The notes beneath the pieces are model-generated. The model did not search any database and had not been told where the DNA came from. It saw only the letters and a program-made list of their open reading frames with translations. From assembly GCF_008727795.1 (NCBI RefSeq), contig NZ_CP044222.1:3632686-3696685 (forward strand): 64,000 bases of DNA, given 5' to 3'. Both the position numbers and the translations under genes were made by a program. Shown in pieces: positions 30,981 through 41,090 of this stretch. The first letter of the stretch is position 1, and each line of letters begins with the position of its first letter. This DNA is from Nitrincola iocasae. Its GTDB lineage: Bacteria; Pseudomonadota; Gammaproteobacteria; Pseudomonadales; Balneatricaceae.

Positions 30981-33020
30981 ATGGATTTGTCACTCTTGAT
31001 GCCTTTACTAACAGGCGTTGCAATTTTTGTCATATTTATCCTTGGAGTGCTTGCTTTATTCAAGGCATTTTATGTCAAAGTACCTCAGGGTTGGGCGTTA
31101 ATTATTAATGATATGTCAAAAACACCCAAAGTGTACTTTACAGGCGGGATGGTATTACCTGTAATACATAAAAAAGAAGGTATGAAAATATCTTTAATAA
31201 CACTTGAGGTTGATCGACGGGGCAAAGAAGGTTTAATTTGTGCGGACAACATGAGGGCTGACATTAATGTTCATTTCTATCTTCGAGTGAATGAAACCGC
31301 CGAAGATGTTTTGAAGGTTGCTAAAGCAATTGGTGTTGATCGAGCATCTGATCGTCTAGCCGTTAACGAGCTCTTCTCAGCTAAATTTTCAGAAGCATTA
31401 AAAACTGTAGGTAAGCAAATAGATTTTGTTAAGCTATTTGAGGATCGCCAATTTTTCCGCGACAAAATTATCGAAACCATTGGTAATGACTTAAATGGTT
31501 ATGTGCTGGAAGATGTGGCAATTGATTATCTGGAACAAACTCCACGAGAAGCACTTGATGCAAACAATATCCTTGATTCCGAGGGTATTCGTAAGATTAC
31601 GGAGTTAACTGCCAGACAAAATGTTATTACTAATGAGTTAGAACGTAATAAACAATTAGCAATAACCAAAAAAGATGTTGAAACACGTGAAGCCATGCTG
31701 GCGTTAGAACGCCAACAAGCCGATGCCGAAGCACGACAAAAGCGCGAAATCGACACAATCAAAGCACGAGAAGCCGCTGAGACACAAAAAACAGTTGAGG
31801 AAGAACGACTAAGAGCTGAAACCGCTCGAATTGAAACTGACTTACGCTTGAGTATCCAGGAAGAAAACAAACAACGTGAAATCGAAGTTGCACAACAAAA
31901 TAGAGAACGCGCTATTGCCGTTGAAGAAGAAAAAGTAAAAAGAGCCAGAGAGCTAGAACAAGTCGCTCGTGAAAAAGAGGTGGCACTACAGCAAATTGAA
32001 AAAGAAAAAGCGTTAGAAATTGAGAAGAAAAACATTGCTGCTGTGGTACGAGAACGTGTCGCGGTTGAAAAAACCGTTGCCGAGGAAGAAGAGCTTACTA
32101 AAGCTGTGCGGGCAATTTCCGAGGCTGAACGTCTGAAAGATGTGACTATCTTACATGCGACAGCTCAAGCAGAAGAAGAATTGGTTAAACAAGTAAAATC
32201 GGCTGAAGCCGCTGAAATTACAGCGAAACATCGTGGCCAGGAAGTCAATATTTTGGCACAGGCTGAACTGGAATCAGCCAGCAAAACCGCAGAAGCCAAG
32301 AAAAAGCTCGCCGAAGGGATTGAGGCAGAAGAAGCAGCAAGCGGCTTAGCCATTGCCAAAGTCAAAATAGCGAATGCCCAGGCGATTGAAAAAGAGGGTG
32401 CGGCTGAAGCGCGTGTATTAGAACTAAAAGCACTTGCCGATGCGCAGGGTATGGAACAGCGAGGATTGGCTGAAGCACGCGTTAAAACAGCGAATGCCGA
32501 AGCAACGGAAAAACAGGGTCTGGTTGAGGTCCATGTGTTAGAAGAGCGTTTGACAGCAGAGGCTCAAGGCGAAGAACAATTAGGCATGGCACGTGCTAAA
32601 GCGAATAAAGAACAAGGTCTCGCCGAAGCGGCCGTCATTCGAGAACGCTTCAAAGCCGAAGCCGATGGTCTGGTTGAGAAGTTTACAGCGATGAACTCTA
32701 TGACCGAAAATTCTCGCGAGCATGAAGAGTTCCGCATGAAACTTGAAAAGGATTTCGAGCAAGCATTGGCCTCTATTGCGGCTAATAAAGACATCGCCGC
32801 CGATCAAGCCACAGTTCTCGCCTCCGCACTGGGTAATGCCAACATTGATATTGTCGGTGGCCAGGGTGATTATTTTGATACCTTTGCTAAATCATTATCC
32901 TTGGGTAAAGCAATCGAAGGCGTGGCTGGAAAAAGTCCTAACATTCAGGCCTTACTGAACAAGTTCTTATCCGGCCAGCTTCCAACTGGTAATGAAAGCA
33001 AAGAAAGAGCGGATAGTTGA
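30981..33020 (+). CDS. yqiK: Flotillin-family SPFH/band-7 protein (YqiK-like) with long EA-rich coiled-coil repeats.
   Basis: N-terminal TM plus an SPFH domain (KVPQGWALIINDMSKTPKVYFTGGMVLPVIHK..ISLITLEVD). This is followed by about 400 aa of ERQQADAEARQKRE/EA repeats typical of the flotillin domain. Confidence 0.85.
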   Translation: MDLSLLMPLLTGVAIFVIFILGVLALFKAFYVKVPQGWALIINDMSKTPKVYFTGGMVLPVIHKKEGMKISLITLEVDRRGKEGLICADNMRADINVHFYLRVNETAEDVLKVAKAIGVDRASDRLAVNELFSAKFSEALKTVGKQIDFVKLFEDRQFFRDKIIETIGNDLNGYVLEDVAIDYLEQTPREALDANNILDSEGIRKITELTARQNVITNELERNKQLAITKKDVETREAMLALERQQADAEARQKREIDTIKAREAAETQKTVEEERLRAETARIETDLRLSIQEENKQREIEVAQQNRERAIAVEEEKVKRARELEQVAREKEVALQQIEKEKALEIEKKNIAAVVRERVAVEKTVAEEEELTKAVRAISEAERLKDVTILHATAQAEEELVKQVKSAEAAEITAKHRGQEVNILAQAELESASKTAEAKKKLAEGIEAEEAASGLAIAKVKIANAQAIEKEGAAEARVLELKALADAQGMEQRGLAEARVKTANAEATEKQGLVEVHVLEERLTAEAQGEEQLGMARAKANKEQGLAEAAVIRERFKAEADGLVEKFTAMNSMTENSREHEEFRMKLEKDFEQALASIAANKDIAADQATVLASALGNANIDIVGGQGDYFDTFAKSLSLGKAIEGVAGKSPNIQALLNKFLSGQLPTGNESKERADS

Positions 33021-33099
33021 GGCGGCGTAAATAGCATCAATTTATTAAACAGCGCTTAGCTTAGGCTGAGCGCTGCTCATCTAGCAAACCATAAGGATA

Positions 33100-36000
33100 G
33101 TGAAGATGTCAGAATCCAGCCACTCTCAGGATTCCATTCAGAGTGAACTCGACCCATCTGCCGAGTCACCAAGCGTTACTGAAAATGCAGCGTATGATGT
33201 GATTCGAAGTCGATTGCTGACGCAGGGAGAGCAACTGCAATCACAAGTCGAGGCACTCAACCAAGCGCGCTTATCTGAGTTTGGCCAGATTGATTTAGCA
33301 GTGGCTCATCGATTTAGAGTCCGAACTGAGAACAATTGCATTGCCCGTGACATTGTTCAGGTGGGAGAGTATCTGCTATTTGGTTACAACGTCTTTATTG
33401 GATTAAAGAACACTACTGCCGTCAATGATGTGTTTGCTCTATATCGGCACAATGCCGAAGCTGATTCGTTTGAAATGGCAGAGGTGGCGCTAGAGGGCAC
33501 ATTTCTATCTGAAGTCGCTTTTGTAAACGACTTTACCGAGCTGTACACCTACTACAATAATGCGCGCCTGCTTCAATTACAGGTACGCAACAACCGCTTA
33601 TTAGCCTCTTTCCAGATAGGTGAACGCAGCAGCGATATACGCGTTTTTCGTTGGCAGATAAGTGCTGATGCTAAATCAGTCACCTACATAGACAATCGAG
33701 GTGAACGCGACATTAAGCTACCACCCTCACAGGATTTTGAGTGGACAATGCTAGGCCGCGAACACATGGTGAATGGTAAATACCCTCATTTTTCAGTTCT
33801 GGATCGTATTTTTGTTGATACCCTGGGCGGAGACCTGACGGTAAAAATTGAAAACAATACTGAAGCAGGGAAAGGGATATACTCTGAGCCAGTTGATGAA
33901 ACTAATCAATCGCTTAACGATATTGAGCTAGGGTATGCTTTGCTCGGCGACCTTATACTCCTACGTGTACTACCCTATCGCGAAACGCACGTCCGTTATT
34001 TTGTATTCAACAGCTTTAACCAGGAAGTCAAACGTATTGATGATATAGGCGAAGCCTGTATCCAACTACCTGAAAACCATGGCATCATTTTTCCTGGTGG
34101 CTGCTATTTAGTCCAGGGCGGCTTGCGCTACTTTAGCAATGACCAAAAAGGACTGGTTTTCCAACGATTTGTTCGCTCACCTAATGGTGAGGATGTGCTT
34201 TATGTATTTTACCAAGCGACTGATGGGGTCGTAGCTTTATACCCATACAATATGATTAATAAAGCCTTGAGCAACCCGATTATTAGTCATGGCTATGCTT
34301 TGGCGGATGATGGTCGTTTAATTGTCTTTACCGCCGAAGAAGAGCCGTCTCGCACTCATCCCATGCAGGTATGGCACACACCTTTTTTCTCTGAAAGCTA
34401 CGCCAGTCAGCAACCTACAAGCCAATCATTTTATGGTCGTATTGGTAATCCCGAGCTGGTACGTGGCATATCAGAAATCTACTCGACTATACGTTTAATC
34501 CTGCAACAAGATGCCAGCGCCCACCATTACAATTCATTGTCACAAGCCGCTGCACGTTTATTTGATCACTTTTACTGGTTATCCAGCCCTGAGTTGGAGC
34601 AGATCGCAGGCTTACTTAAAGAGGTCTCCTCTACAGCCGAGCTGGTGCTCGATGAGTATGAAAAAGTTAAAAGCATTCAGTCACATGCTGAAGCGGCCTT
34701 AGTAGAAGCCAAGCAACGGCAGCAACAATTACTGTCATCTTTGCGCCCTGACAACTGGCAAACTCCAGAACCTTTTGTGCAAGCCTTATCGGAGCTAAGA
34801 CAGCAACGCGGGCATCTGTTAACCATACGTGAGTTACGCTACATAGACGTCGCTCAGGTAGATGAAATGGAAGCGGAGGTCATACAGGCAGAAGTAGGAA
34901 TAACAAATGCTACTGCCAACTTCCTGCAGCAAGACACGGCACTGGAACCTTACTACGCACAAATCAAATTACTGACAGAAGCAGTTGATCAGGCCAACTC
35001 TAGCATCGAGTTACAACCCACACTCAATGAGCTGAAAGCTCTCTCAGAAAGCCTGGATCTGCTTTCAGAGTTAATTGCCGGGTTAAAAATTGATGATGCC
35101 AATCAACACACCCGCATCATTGACTCAATCAGTGAGATCTACGCACAAACCAACCAGATTAGAGCGCGTGCACGCAACCGAGCACAGAGTTTTGGCAGTG
35201 ATGAAGCGCGGGCGCAATTTGCAGCCCAGTTCAAACTGTTTAGCCAGTCGATTAACAATGCCCTCGCTTTGGCACAAACCCCGGATCAATGCGATGAGCA
35301 GCTGTCTCGACTGTTTGTTCAGTTAGAAGAACTTGAAGGACAGTTCTCGGAATACAATGAATTTTTAAATGACATTCTCACCAAGCGTGAGGAAATTCAA
35401 GAGAGCTTTGAAGCACACCGCCAACGTTTAACTGACTCACGAAACCAACGCGCTCAGTCAATTTTTGATGCGGGCAGCCGTATTTTGGTGAACCTGTCTC
35501 GACGCTCTTCACGGTTTAAACGTGCCGATGAGTTAAATACCTATTTTGCATCTGACCCCATGGTGCTTAAGCTGATAACCTTAGCTCAAGAGCTTCGCCA
35601 GCTGGATGACAGTGTTAAGGCTGACGACATTGAATCCCGGCTTAAAATGGCAAAAGAGCAAGCCATTAGAGCACTACGCGACCAGGTAGATCTATTTGAA
35701 GAGAATGGAACAGTCATCAAACTGGGTCCTCGCCATCGTTTCAGTATTAATACCCAAGAGCCCGAACTCACTCTAATTCCAAGAGGTGATGCGTTAGTTT
35801 TACACCTGACAGGTACTGACTATTACGAAACTATCGATGACCAGCGTTTAGTCAAAGCTAAACCCTATTGGCAGCAAGCACTGGAATCTGAAAATGAACA
35901 GGTTTATCGCGCAGAGTTTTTGGCTGATAGCATTCTGCACGCGGCACACAGCCAAACAGAAGGTTTGAGTTGGGCCGTCTTAGTGGAAGCAAGCACTCAA

Positions 36001-38055
36001 TTTGAAACCTTGCTGGCCAAGGTTCGAGAGTACAGCGGGTCCAGATACAGAGAAGGCTATGAACGAGGCATTCATGATCATGATGCGGCCCGTATTTTAC
36101 ATAAGCTCATCCCTGCCCGTGAAGCCGCGGGGGTGTTGTACTTACCCGCCGATGCACGTGCTATTACACTGTTGTTCTGGTGGCAAACTCAACATGAAAC
36201 CGCCCAGCTACGCTGGCCCCAATCAGCACGCTCTGCGGCGCAGTTGCGTCGCCTGTTTAACACCACTCAAGCCATTCAATTGCTGGAAACTGAAATAGCA
36301 CAACACTTAGGTGCCTATGTCGATGCGCAGCGCTTACCCCTGCAGCAGCAGGGTATCAGACAGGGTGCCGAGTTTCTGGTGGCGACATTAAGTCACCCTC
36401 ATATTGACTATGTGGTCTCTAAATATGCAGAGCAATTAACGAAACAACTTGAAGCCAGTGTAGATGATCAAAGCTGGCAAGGTTTTCAAGCCGCATTAGC
36501 AGAGCTAGACGGGGATATTGGTGATCAATGGGCTCTGGTTGAAGCCTGGCTAAGTGCGCTGGTTCAGTATAGCGGTGCTGACGAATTACGCCCCTACATA
36601 CCCGAAGCTGTTTTACTGATACTGAACCAAGACCGCGAACCCATAAAGGCTTTGCAGGTGGATCTCAGCTTCAGGGTTACTGAGCTGTTAGGTGAACATC
36701 CGCGTATTGCTGAGCAACAACTCCTAATGCGCCTTGATGATTTTAATGCGCGCTTAAGTACCTTTAGACAGCAATGGTTACCGGCTTATCAACAATACCT
36801 TCTCGATCGGGCTGAGGTCGTTCGTGAAGCACGTCAAACCATACGTGTCGATGAGTTTAAAGCACAACCGCTGAGTTCTTTCGTTCGCAATCGATTAATT
36901 AACGAAGTGTATCTACCCATTATCGGCGACAACCTCGCTAAGCAAATGGGTACCGTGGGAGATAGTGGCCGCACAGATTTGATGGGGCTATTGATGATGA
37001 TTTCACCACCCGGTTATGGCAAAACCACCCTAGTGGAGTATGTTGCTAATCGGCTTGGATTAATTTTCATGAAAATTAACTGCCCGTCTTTAGGGCATGA
37101 TGTGTTGTCTCTTGATCCCCAGCAAGCCCCAAATGCAACAGCAAAGCAGGAACTGCATAAGTTGAACTTAGCCTTAGAGATGGGCAACAATGTGATGCTG
37201 TATTTGGATGATATTCAGCATACTCATCCGGAATTTTTGCAGAAATTCATCTCACTCTGTGATGGCAGTCGGCGCATTGAAGGTGTCTGGAAGGGCCGCA
37301 CCAGAACCTATAATATGCGCGGTAAGAAGTTTTGTGTGGTCATGGCGGGTAACCCTTATACGGAATCGGGTGAAGTCTTTAAAATCCCGGATATGCTGGC
37401 TAACCGAGCGGATATTTATAACCTGGGTGATATCCTGGGTGGCCAGCAAAACGCGTTTGAACTGTCGTATATTGAAAACTGTCTGACCTCGAACCCAATA
37501 TTAGCGCCCTTGGCGACCCGAGAGTTAAGTGACTTTTACAAAATTGACGCCATGTCTCGTGGAGAACAAATTGCCAATGCGGAGCTTCAGCACAGCTATT
37601 CCAATGCCGAGCTCAATGAAATGATATCTGTGTTGCAGAAGTTACGCATAGCTCAAACGATCATTTTGAAAGTGAATCAACAATATATTGCCAGTGCTGC
37701 ACAAGCTGATGAATACCGAACTGAACCTCCATTCAGACTGCAGGGTTCTTATCGCAACATGAACAAACTGGCTGAGAAAGTTACGGCGGTAATGAACGAT
37801 GATGAGTTACAGCAAGCCATTGATGACCTCTACCAGGGTGAAGCCCAGCTACTAACCACCGGCGCAGAAGAAAACTTACTTAAGCTCGCTGAATTACGTG
37901 GTACTTTAACTGCAGCACAAGCTCAGCGATGGCAGCAGATAAAGCTGGACTTTGTTCGCAACAATGCCTTTGGCGGGGCGGATTCAGATACAGGCCAACA
38001 GGTTGTAGTGCAACTAGCTGACATAGCAAAAGCATTAAAGCAACCATCTCACTAG
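33100..38055 (+). CDS. 1651-aa multidomain protein: beta-rich N-terminal domain, long coiled-coil middle, and a C-terminal MoxR/dynein-type AAA+ ATPase. Function unknown.
   Basis: A single uninterrupted ORF. The AAA+ motifs cluster near 37.0-37.45 kb: Walker A SPPGYGKTT, Walker B MLYLDDIQH, sensor-1 VVMAGNPY and an Arg finger ANRADIYNL. Confidence 0.7.
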   Translation: MKMSESSHSQDSIQSELDPSAESPSVTENAAYDVIRSRLLTQGEQLQSQVEALNQARLSEFGQIDLAVAHRFRVRTENNCIARDIVQVGEYLLFGYNVFIGLKNTTAVNDVFALYRHNAEADSFEMAEVALEGTFLSEVAFVNDFTELYTYYNNARLLQLQVRNNRLLASFQIGERSSDIRVFRWQISADAKSVTYIDNRGERDIKLPPSQDFEWTMLGREHMVNGKYPHFSVLDRIFVDTLGGDLTVKIENNTEAGKGIYSEPVDETNQSLNDIELGYALLGDLILLRVLPYRETHVRYFVFNSFNQEVKRIDDIGEACIQLPENHGIIFPGGCYLVQGGLRYFSNDQKGLVFQRFVRSPNGEDVLYVFYQATDGVVALYPYNMINKALSNPIISHGYALADDGRLIVFTAEEEPSRTHPMQVWHTPFFSESYASQQPTSQSFYGRIGNPELVRGISEIYSTIRLILQQDASAHHYNSLSQAAARLFDHFYWLSSPELEQIAGLLKEVSSTAELVLDEYEKVKSIQSHAEAALVEAKQRQQQLLSSLRPDNWQTPEPFVQALSELRQQRGHLLTIRELRYIDVAQVDEMEAEVIQAEVGITNATANFLQQDTALEPYYAQIKLLTEAVDQANSSIELQPTLNELKALSESLDLLSELIAGLKIDDANQHTRIIDSISEIYAQTNQIRARARNRAQSFGSDEARAQFAAQFKLFSQSINNALALAQTPDQCDEQLSRLFVQLEELEGQFSEYNEFLNDILTKREEIQESFEAHRQRLTDSRNQRAQSIFDAGSRILVNLSRRSSRFKRADELNTYFASDPMVLKLITLAQELRQLDDSVKADDIESRLKMAKEQAIRALRDQVDLFEENGTVIKLGPRHRFSINTQEPELTLIPRGDALVLHLTGTDYYETIDDQRLVKAKPYWQQALESENEQVYRAEFLADSILHAAHSQTEGLSWAVLVEASTQFETLLAKVREYSGSRYREGYERGIHDHDAARILHKLIPAREAAGVLYLPADARAITLLFWWQTQHETAQLRWPQSARSAAQLRRLFNTTQAIQLLETEIAQHLGAYVDAQRLPLQQQGIRQGAEFLVATLSHPHIDYVVSKYAEQLTKQLEASVDDQSWQGFQAALAELDGDIGDQWALVEAWLSALVQYSGADELRPYIPEAVLLILNQDREPIKALQVDLSFRVTELLGEHPRIAEQQLLMRLDDFNARLSTFRQQWLPAYQQYLLDRAEVVREARQTIRVDEFKAQPLSSFVRNRLINEVYLPIIGDNLAKQMGTVGDSGRTDLMGLLMMISPPGYGKTTLVEYVANRLGLIFMKINCPSLGHDVLSLDPQQAPNATAKQELHKLNLALEMGNNVMLYLDDIQHTHPEFLQKFISLCDGSRRIEGVWKGRTRTYNMRGKKFCVVMAGNPYTESGEVFKIPDMLANRADIYNLGDILGGQQNAFELSYIENCLTSNPILAPLATRELSDFYKIDAMSRGEQIANAELQHSYSNAELNEMISVLQKLRIAQTIILKVNQQYIASAAQADEYRTEPPFRLQGSYRNMNKLAEKVTAVMNDDELQQAIDDLYQGEAQLLTTGAEENLLKLAELRGTLTAAQAQRWQQIKLDFVRNNAFGGADSDTGQQVVVQLADIAKALKQPSH

Positions 38056-38120
38056 AAGTTTATGCCTATCTATCTGTGATAATCAGCATTCAAACAGCGC
38101 CGTCAGGAGAGTAGAATGGC

Positions 38121-39425
38121 TTGGACTTCTTAAAGGAATTTAGAATGACACGTTATACAAGTACACTGCGTCATTGCCGTTCACTGTTGGTGGGTGTTAG
38201 TTTGTTACTGCCCCTTACCCTGCTCTCGGCCTGCGCTTCGACGCAATCAGAGTCTTCACCGATTATGGCATCTAACACCAGCCAGGGAATCCCACAGGCG
38301 GTAGAACAAATCAACCAGCGGGAAAGCTTTGACGCCTGGCTCGAGGCATTCCGTCGTGATGCAGCGACTCAAGGGATTAGTCCCCGGGCACTCTCGGCAC
38401 TGGATAATGTGCGCTATCTGGAACGCGTGATCGAGCTCGACCGTTACCAGCCTGAATTTGTTCGTCCCATTTGGGAATACCTGGATAGTGCCGTATCCCC
38501 CACCCGGGTCAGCAACGGTCGAGAGAAGTTGGCCGAGCATGGTCAAACGGCGATGCAAATGCAGCAACGTTATGGTGTGCCTGCTGAAATTATCGTCGCT
38601 ATCTGGGGTATTGAAAGTAATTATGGCGGCAACTTCGGCAGTTTTTCAGCACTCAGTTCGTTTGCAACCCTAGCCTACGACGGTCGGCGTAGTGACTTTG
38701 CCCGCGGAGAGTTGCTGGCCGCGCTGCGTATCATCGACAGTGGTGATATTGCTGCAGACGAGATGATTGGCTCCTGGGCAGGTGCCATGGGCCACACTCA
38801 GTTTATTCCTTCCAGTTTTGAAACCTATGCCCAGGATGGTGATGGTGATGGTCGTCGAGATATCTGGGGCAGTATTGCCGATGTGATGGCGTCGACGGCT
38901 AATTATCTGGCTCGATCCGGTTGGCAGACTGGACAGCCTTGGGGAGTAGAGGTCAAGTTACCATCAGGCTTTGACTATGCCCAAACCGAGCGTCTTAGCA
39001 GCGCCGAATGGGCCACTCAAGGGGTACAGGCTTTGAACGGCCCACTGCCGACCTTCGACAGTGCCGCCGTGATCGTCCCGGCAGGTGCTCAGGGGCCAGC
39101 GTTTATGGTCGGAGCCAATTTCCGCACTATCCTGCGCTATAACAACGCCACCAGTTATGCCTTGGCCGTAGCCACCTTGAGTGATGCGATTGCCGGGCGT
39201 GCAGGCATTCAACAACCCTGGCCGCGTGATCAGCTACCCTTAACCCGTGCCGATGTGCGTGAGCTTCAGCAAAGGCTGAATGCACTGGGTTATAGCGTCG
39301 GCGAGCCCGATGGGATTTTGGGGCCGAATACACGTAAGGGTTTGGGAGTCTTCCAACAGGACCAAGGGTTAGTGGCTGACGGCTTTGCTAACCAGGCGGT
39401 GTTGGAGTTGATCAGGCAGCGTTAA
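38121..39425 (+). CDS. mltB: Lytic murein transglycosylase (MltB family) with a C-terminal peptidoglycan-binding domain. Lipoprotein.
   Basis: Lipobox LLSACAS. SLT_2-like core. C-terminal PG_binding_1 repeat (LQQRLNALGYSVGEPDGILGPNTRKGL). Confidence 0.8.
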   Translation: MDFLKEFRMTRYTSTLRHCRSLLVGVSLLLPLTLLSACASTQSESSPIMASNTSQGIPQAVEQINQRESFDAWLEAFRRDAATQGISPRALSALDNVRYLERVIELDRYQPEFVRPIWEYLDSAVSPTRVSNGREKLAEHGQTAMQMQQRYGVPAEIIVAIWGIESNYGGNFGSFSALSSFATLAYDGRRSDFARGELLAALRIIDSGDIAADEMIGSWAGAMGHTQFIPSSFETYAQDGDGDGRRDIWGSIADVMASTANYLARSGWQTGQPWGVEVKLPSGFDYAQTERLSSAEWATQGVQALNGPLPTFDSAAVIVPAGAQGPAFMVGANFRTILRYNNATSYALAVATLSDAIAGRAGIQQPWPRDQLPLTRADVRELQQRLNALGYSVGEPDGILGPNTRKGLGVFQQDQGLVADGFANQAVLELIRQR

Positions 39426-39481
39426 TGGCTGCATTCGCAGTCAGCAAGTAATGGCGGGAGTCATGTATAGATGGGTACTAA

Positions 39482-40084
39482 TTAGAAGGTTTGTTCAGCC
39501 GAATCTTGGATCAACTCACCCCGTAACTGGCTGTTGGTCATCTCCAGAAACTGCTCAAGACACTCTGTTTCTCCAGTGACTTGAGCGGTGACTCTCTGTG
39601 CATACTGAACATCCAGATTTACACCATATTGATCTGCTAAATGCCTGACAAGCGATTCATGTTCATACTGAAAATGGATAACCGCTGTGGATTGAGGACG
39701 TACCTCAATCAACTCGGCAGTATTTAACGGATCACTGATCGCCTGACTGTAAGCTCTTACCAGGCCACCAGCGCCCAGCTTAATGCCACCAAAATAGCGC
39801 ACTACGGTTGCCAGCACATTATCCAGGCCTTTGTGCTGCAACACATTAAGCATGGGGCGCGCAGCCGTGCCGGATGGCTCACCATCATCGGACTGACGCA
39901 CTTGTCCGTTTACCAGCATGGCGTAGCAAACATGCCGCGCTTCCGGATGCTGCTGCCAAAGGGCCGCCACTTTAGCGAGGCCTTCTTCCTGGCTGTATAT
40001 ACTTTCGATGCGTCCGATAAAGCGTGATTTCTTAATTTCAAAATCACTTTCTACCGGATGTTCAAGGGTTTTACTGAATGACAT
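39482..40084 (-). CDS. yigZ: IMPACT/YigZ-family protein.
   Basis: UPF0029 motifs (KKSRFIG, RYFGGIKLGAGGLVRAY). Confidence 0.85.
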   Translation of the reverse strand: MSFSKTLEHPVESDFEIKKSRFIGRIESIYSQEEGLAKVAALWQQHPEARHVCYAMLVNGQVRQSDDGEPSGTAARPMLNVLQHKGLDNVLATVVRYFGGIKLGAGGLVRAYSQAISDPLNTAELIEVRPQSTAVIHFQYEHESLVRHLADQYGVNLDVQYAQRVTAQVTGETECLEQFLEMTNSQLRGELIQDSAEQTF

Positions 40085-40100
40085 CGTCCCATCATCCTGG

Positions 40101-41090
40101 TTACAGCACGCGCAACACCGGCTCTTGCAGGGCAGAAAGCTGTTCGCGCAGTTGTAGTATGTGTTCGCCCCAGTAACGTTCGGTGTTGAACCAGGGAAAG
40201 CTCAGTGGAAACGCCGGATCCTGCCAGCGACGCGCCAGCCAGGCACTGTAATGTAGCATACGCAGGGTTCGCAAAGGCTCGACCAGATGCAGTTCGCGCG
40301 GATCAAAATCGGCAAATTCCTGATAGCCAGATAATACCTCAGCTAGTTGCAACTCACGCAAATGACGCTCGTTTTCGCTCAGCAACATCCACAAGTCCTG
40401 CATCGCCGGTGCCATGCGTGCATCATCGAAATCGACAAAATGAGCCACATCATCACGCCACAACAGGTTGCCACCATGGCAGTCGCCGTGAACACGGATA
40501 TAGCTCAGATCATCGAACAGGGTAAAGGCAGTTTCGATTCTCAGCATCAGATCACGGGTCAGCGACAGGTAAGCTTCACGCAGAGAGGCTGGCATAAAAT
40601 CCCGAGCGATCAGCTCGATACTGTTATAGCCAAATGAAGCCAGATCCAGTACCGGACGCTCAATAAAAGGACGCGCCGCACCAACACGATGCATGCGCCC
40701 CAAGGTATGCCCTAACTGATACAAATGGTCCGGGTTATCCAGATCCGGTGCGCGTCCGCCACGGCGAGGAAAGAGTGCCAGTCGAAAGTCCTGATAGTGC
40801 AGCAGACTTTCACCCTGACTATTTTTCAGCGGCGTTACCACTGAAAGCTCCTGCTCTTCCAACTCATAGCAAAACTGATGCTCTTCCAGAATCTGTGTAT
40901 CCGACCAACGCCCTGGACGGTAAAATTTGGCAATCAGTGGTATTTCTTCTTCAATGCCCACCTGATACACGCGATTTTCATAACTGTTCAGTGCCAGGAT
41001 GCGTCCATCCGTGAGAAAGCCCTGCGCGTCGATGGCATCCAGAATAAAATCCGGGGTCAGGGTTTCGAATGGATGAGGGGATAAGCTCAC
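40101..41090 (-). CDS. srkA: Stress-response Ser/Thr kinase SrkA (YihE/RdoA family).
   Basis: YihE-like N-terminus (ALNSYENRVYQV), the HGDCHGGNLLWRD catalytic loop and a DFDD motif. Confidence 0.85.
   Translation of the reverse strand: MSLSPHPFETLTPDFILDAIDAQGFLTDGRILALNSYENRVYQVGIEEEIPLIAKFYRPGRWSDTQILEEHQFCYELEEQELSVVTPLKNSQGESLLHYQDFRLALFPRRGGRAPDLDNPDHLYQLGHTLGRMHRVGAARPFIERPVLDLASFGYNSIELIARDFMPASLREAYLSLTRDLMLRIETAFTLFDDLSYIRVHGDCHGGNLLWRDDVAHFVDFDDARMAPAMQDLWMLLSENERHLRELQLAEVLSGYQEFADFDPRELHLVEPLRTLRMLHYSAWLARRWQDPAFPLSFPWFNTERYWGEHILQLREQLSALQEPVLRVL

Noticed and set aside
31526-32035. 169-aa Ser/Cys-rich ORF on the minus strand inside the flotillin gene.
   Set aside because: It is the antisense reading of the GAA/GCT-rich EA-repeat region of yqiK. 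Its low-complexity composition is produced by the repeats. It has no RBS or independent support.
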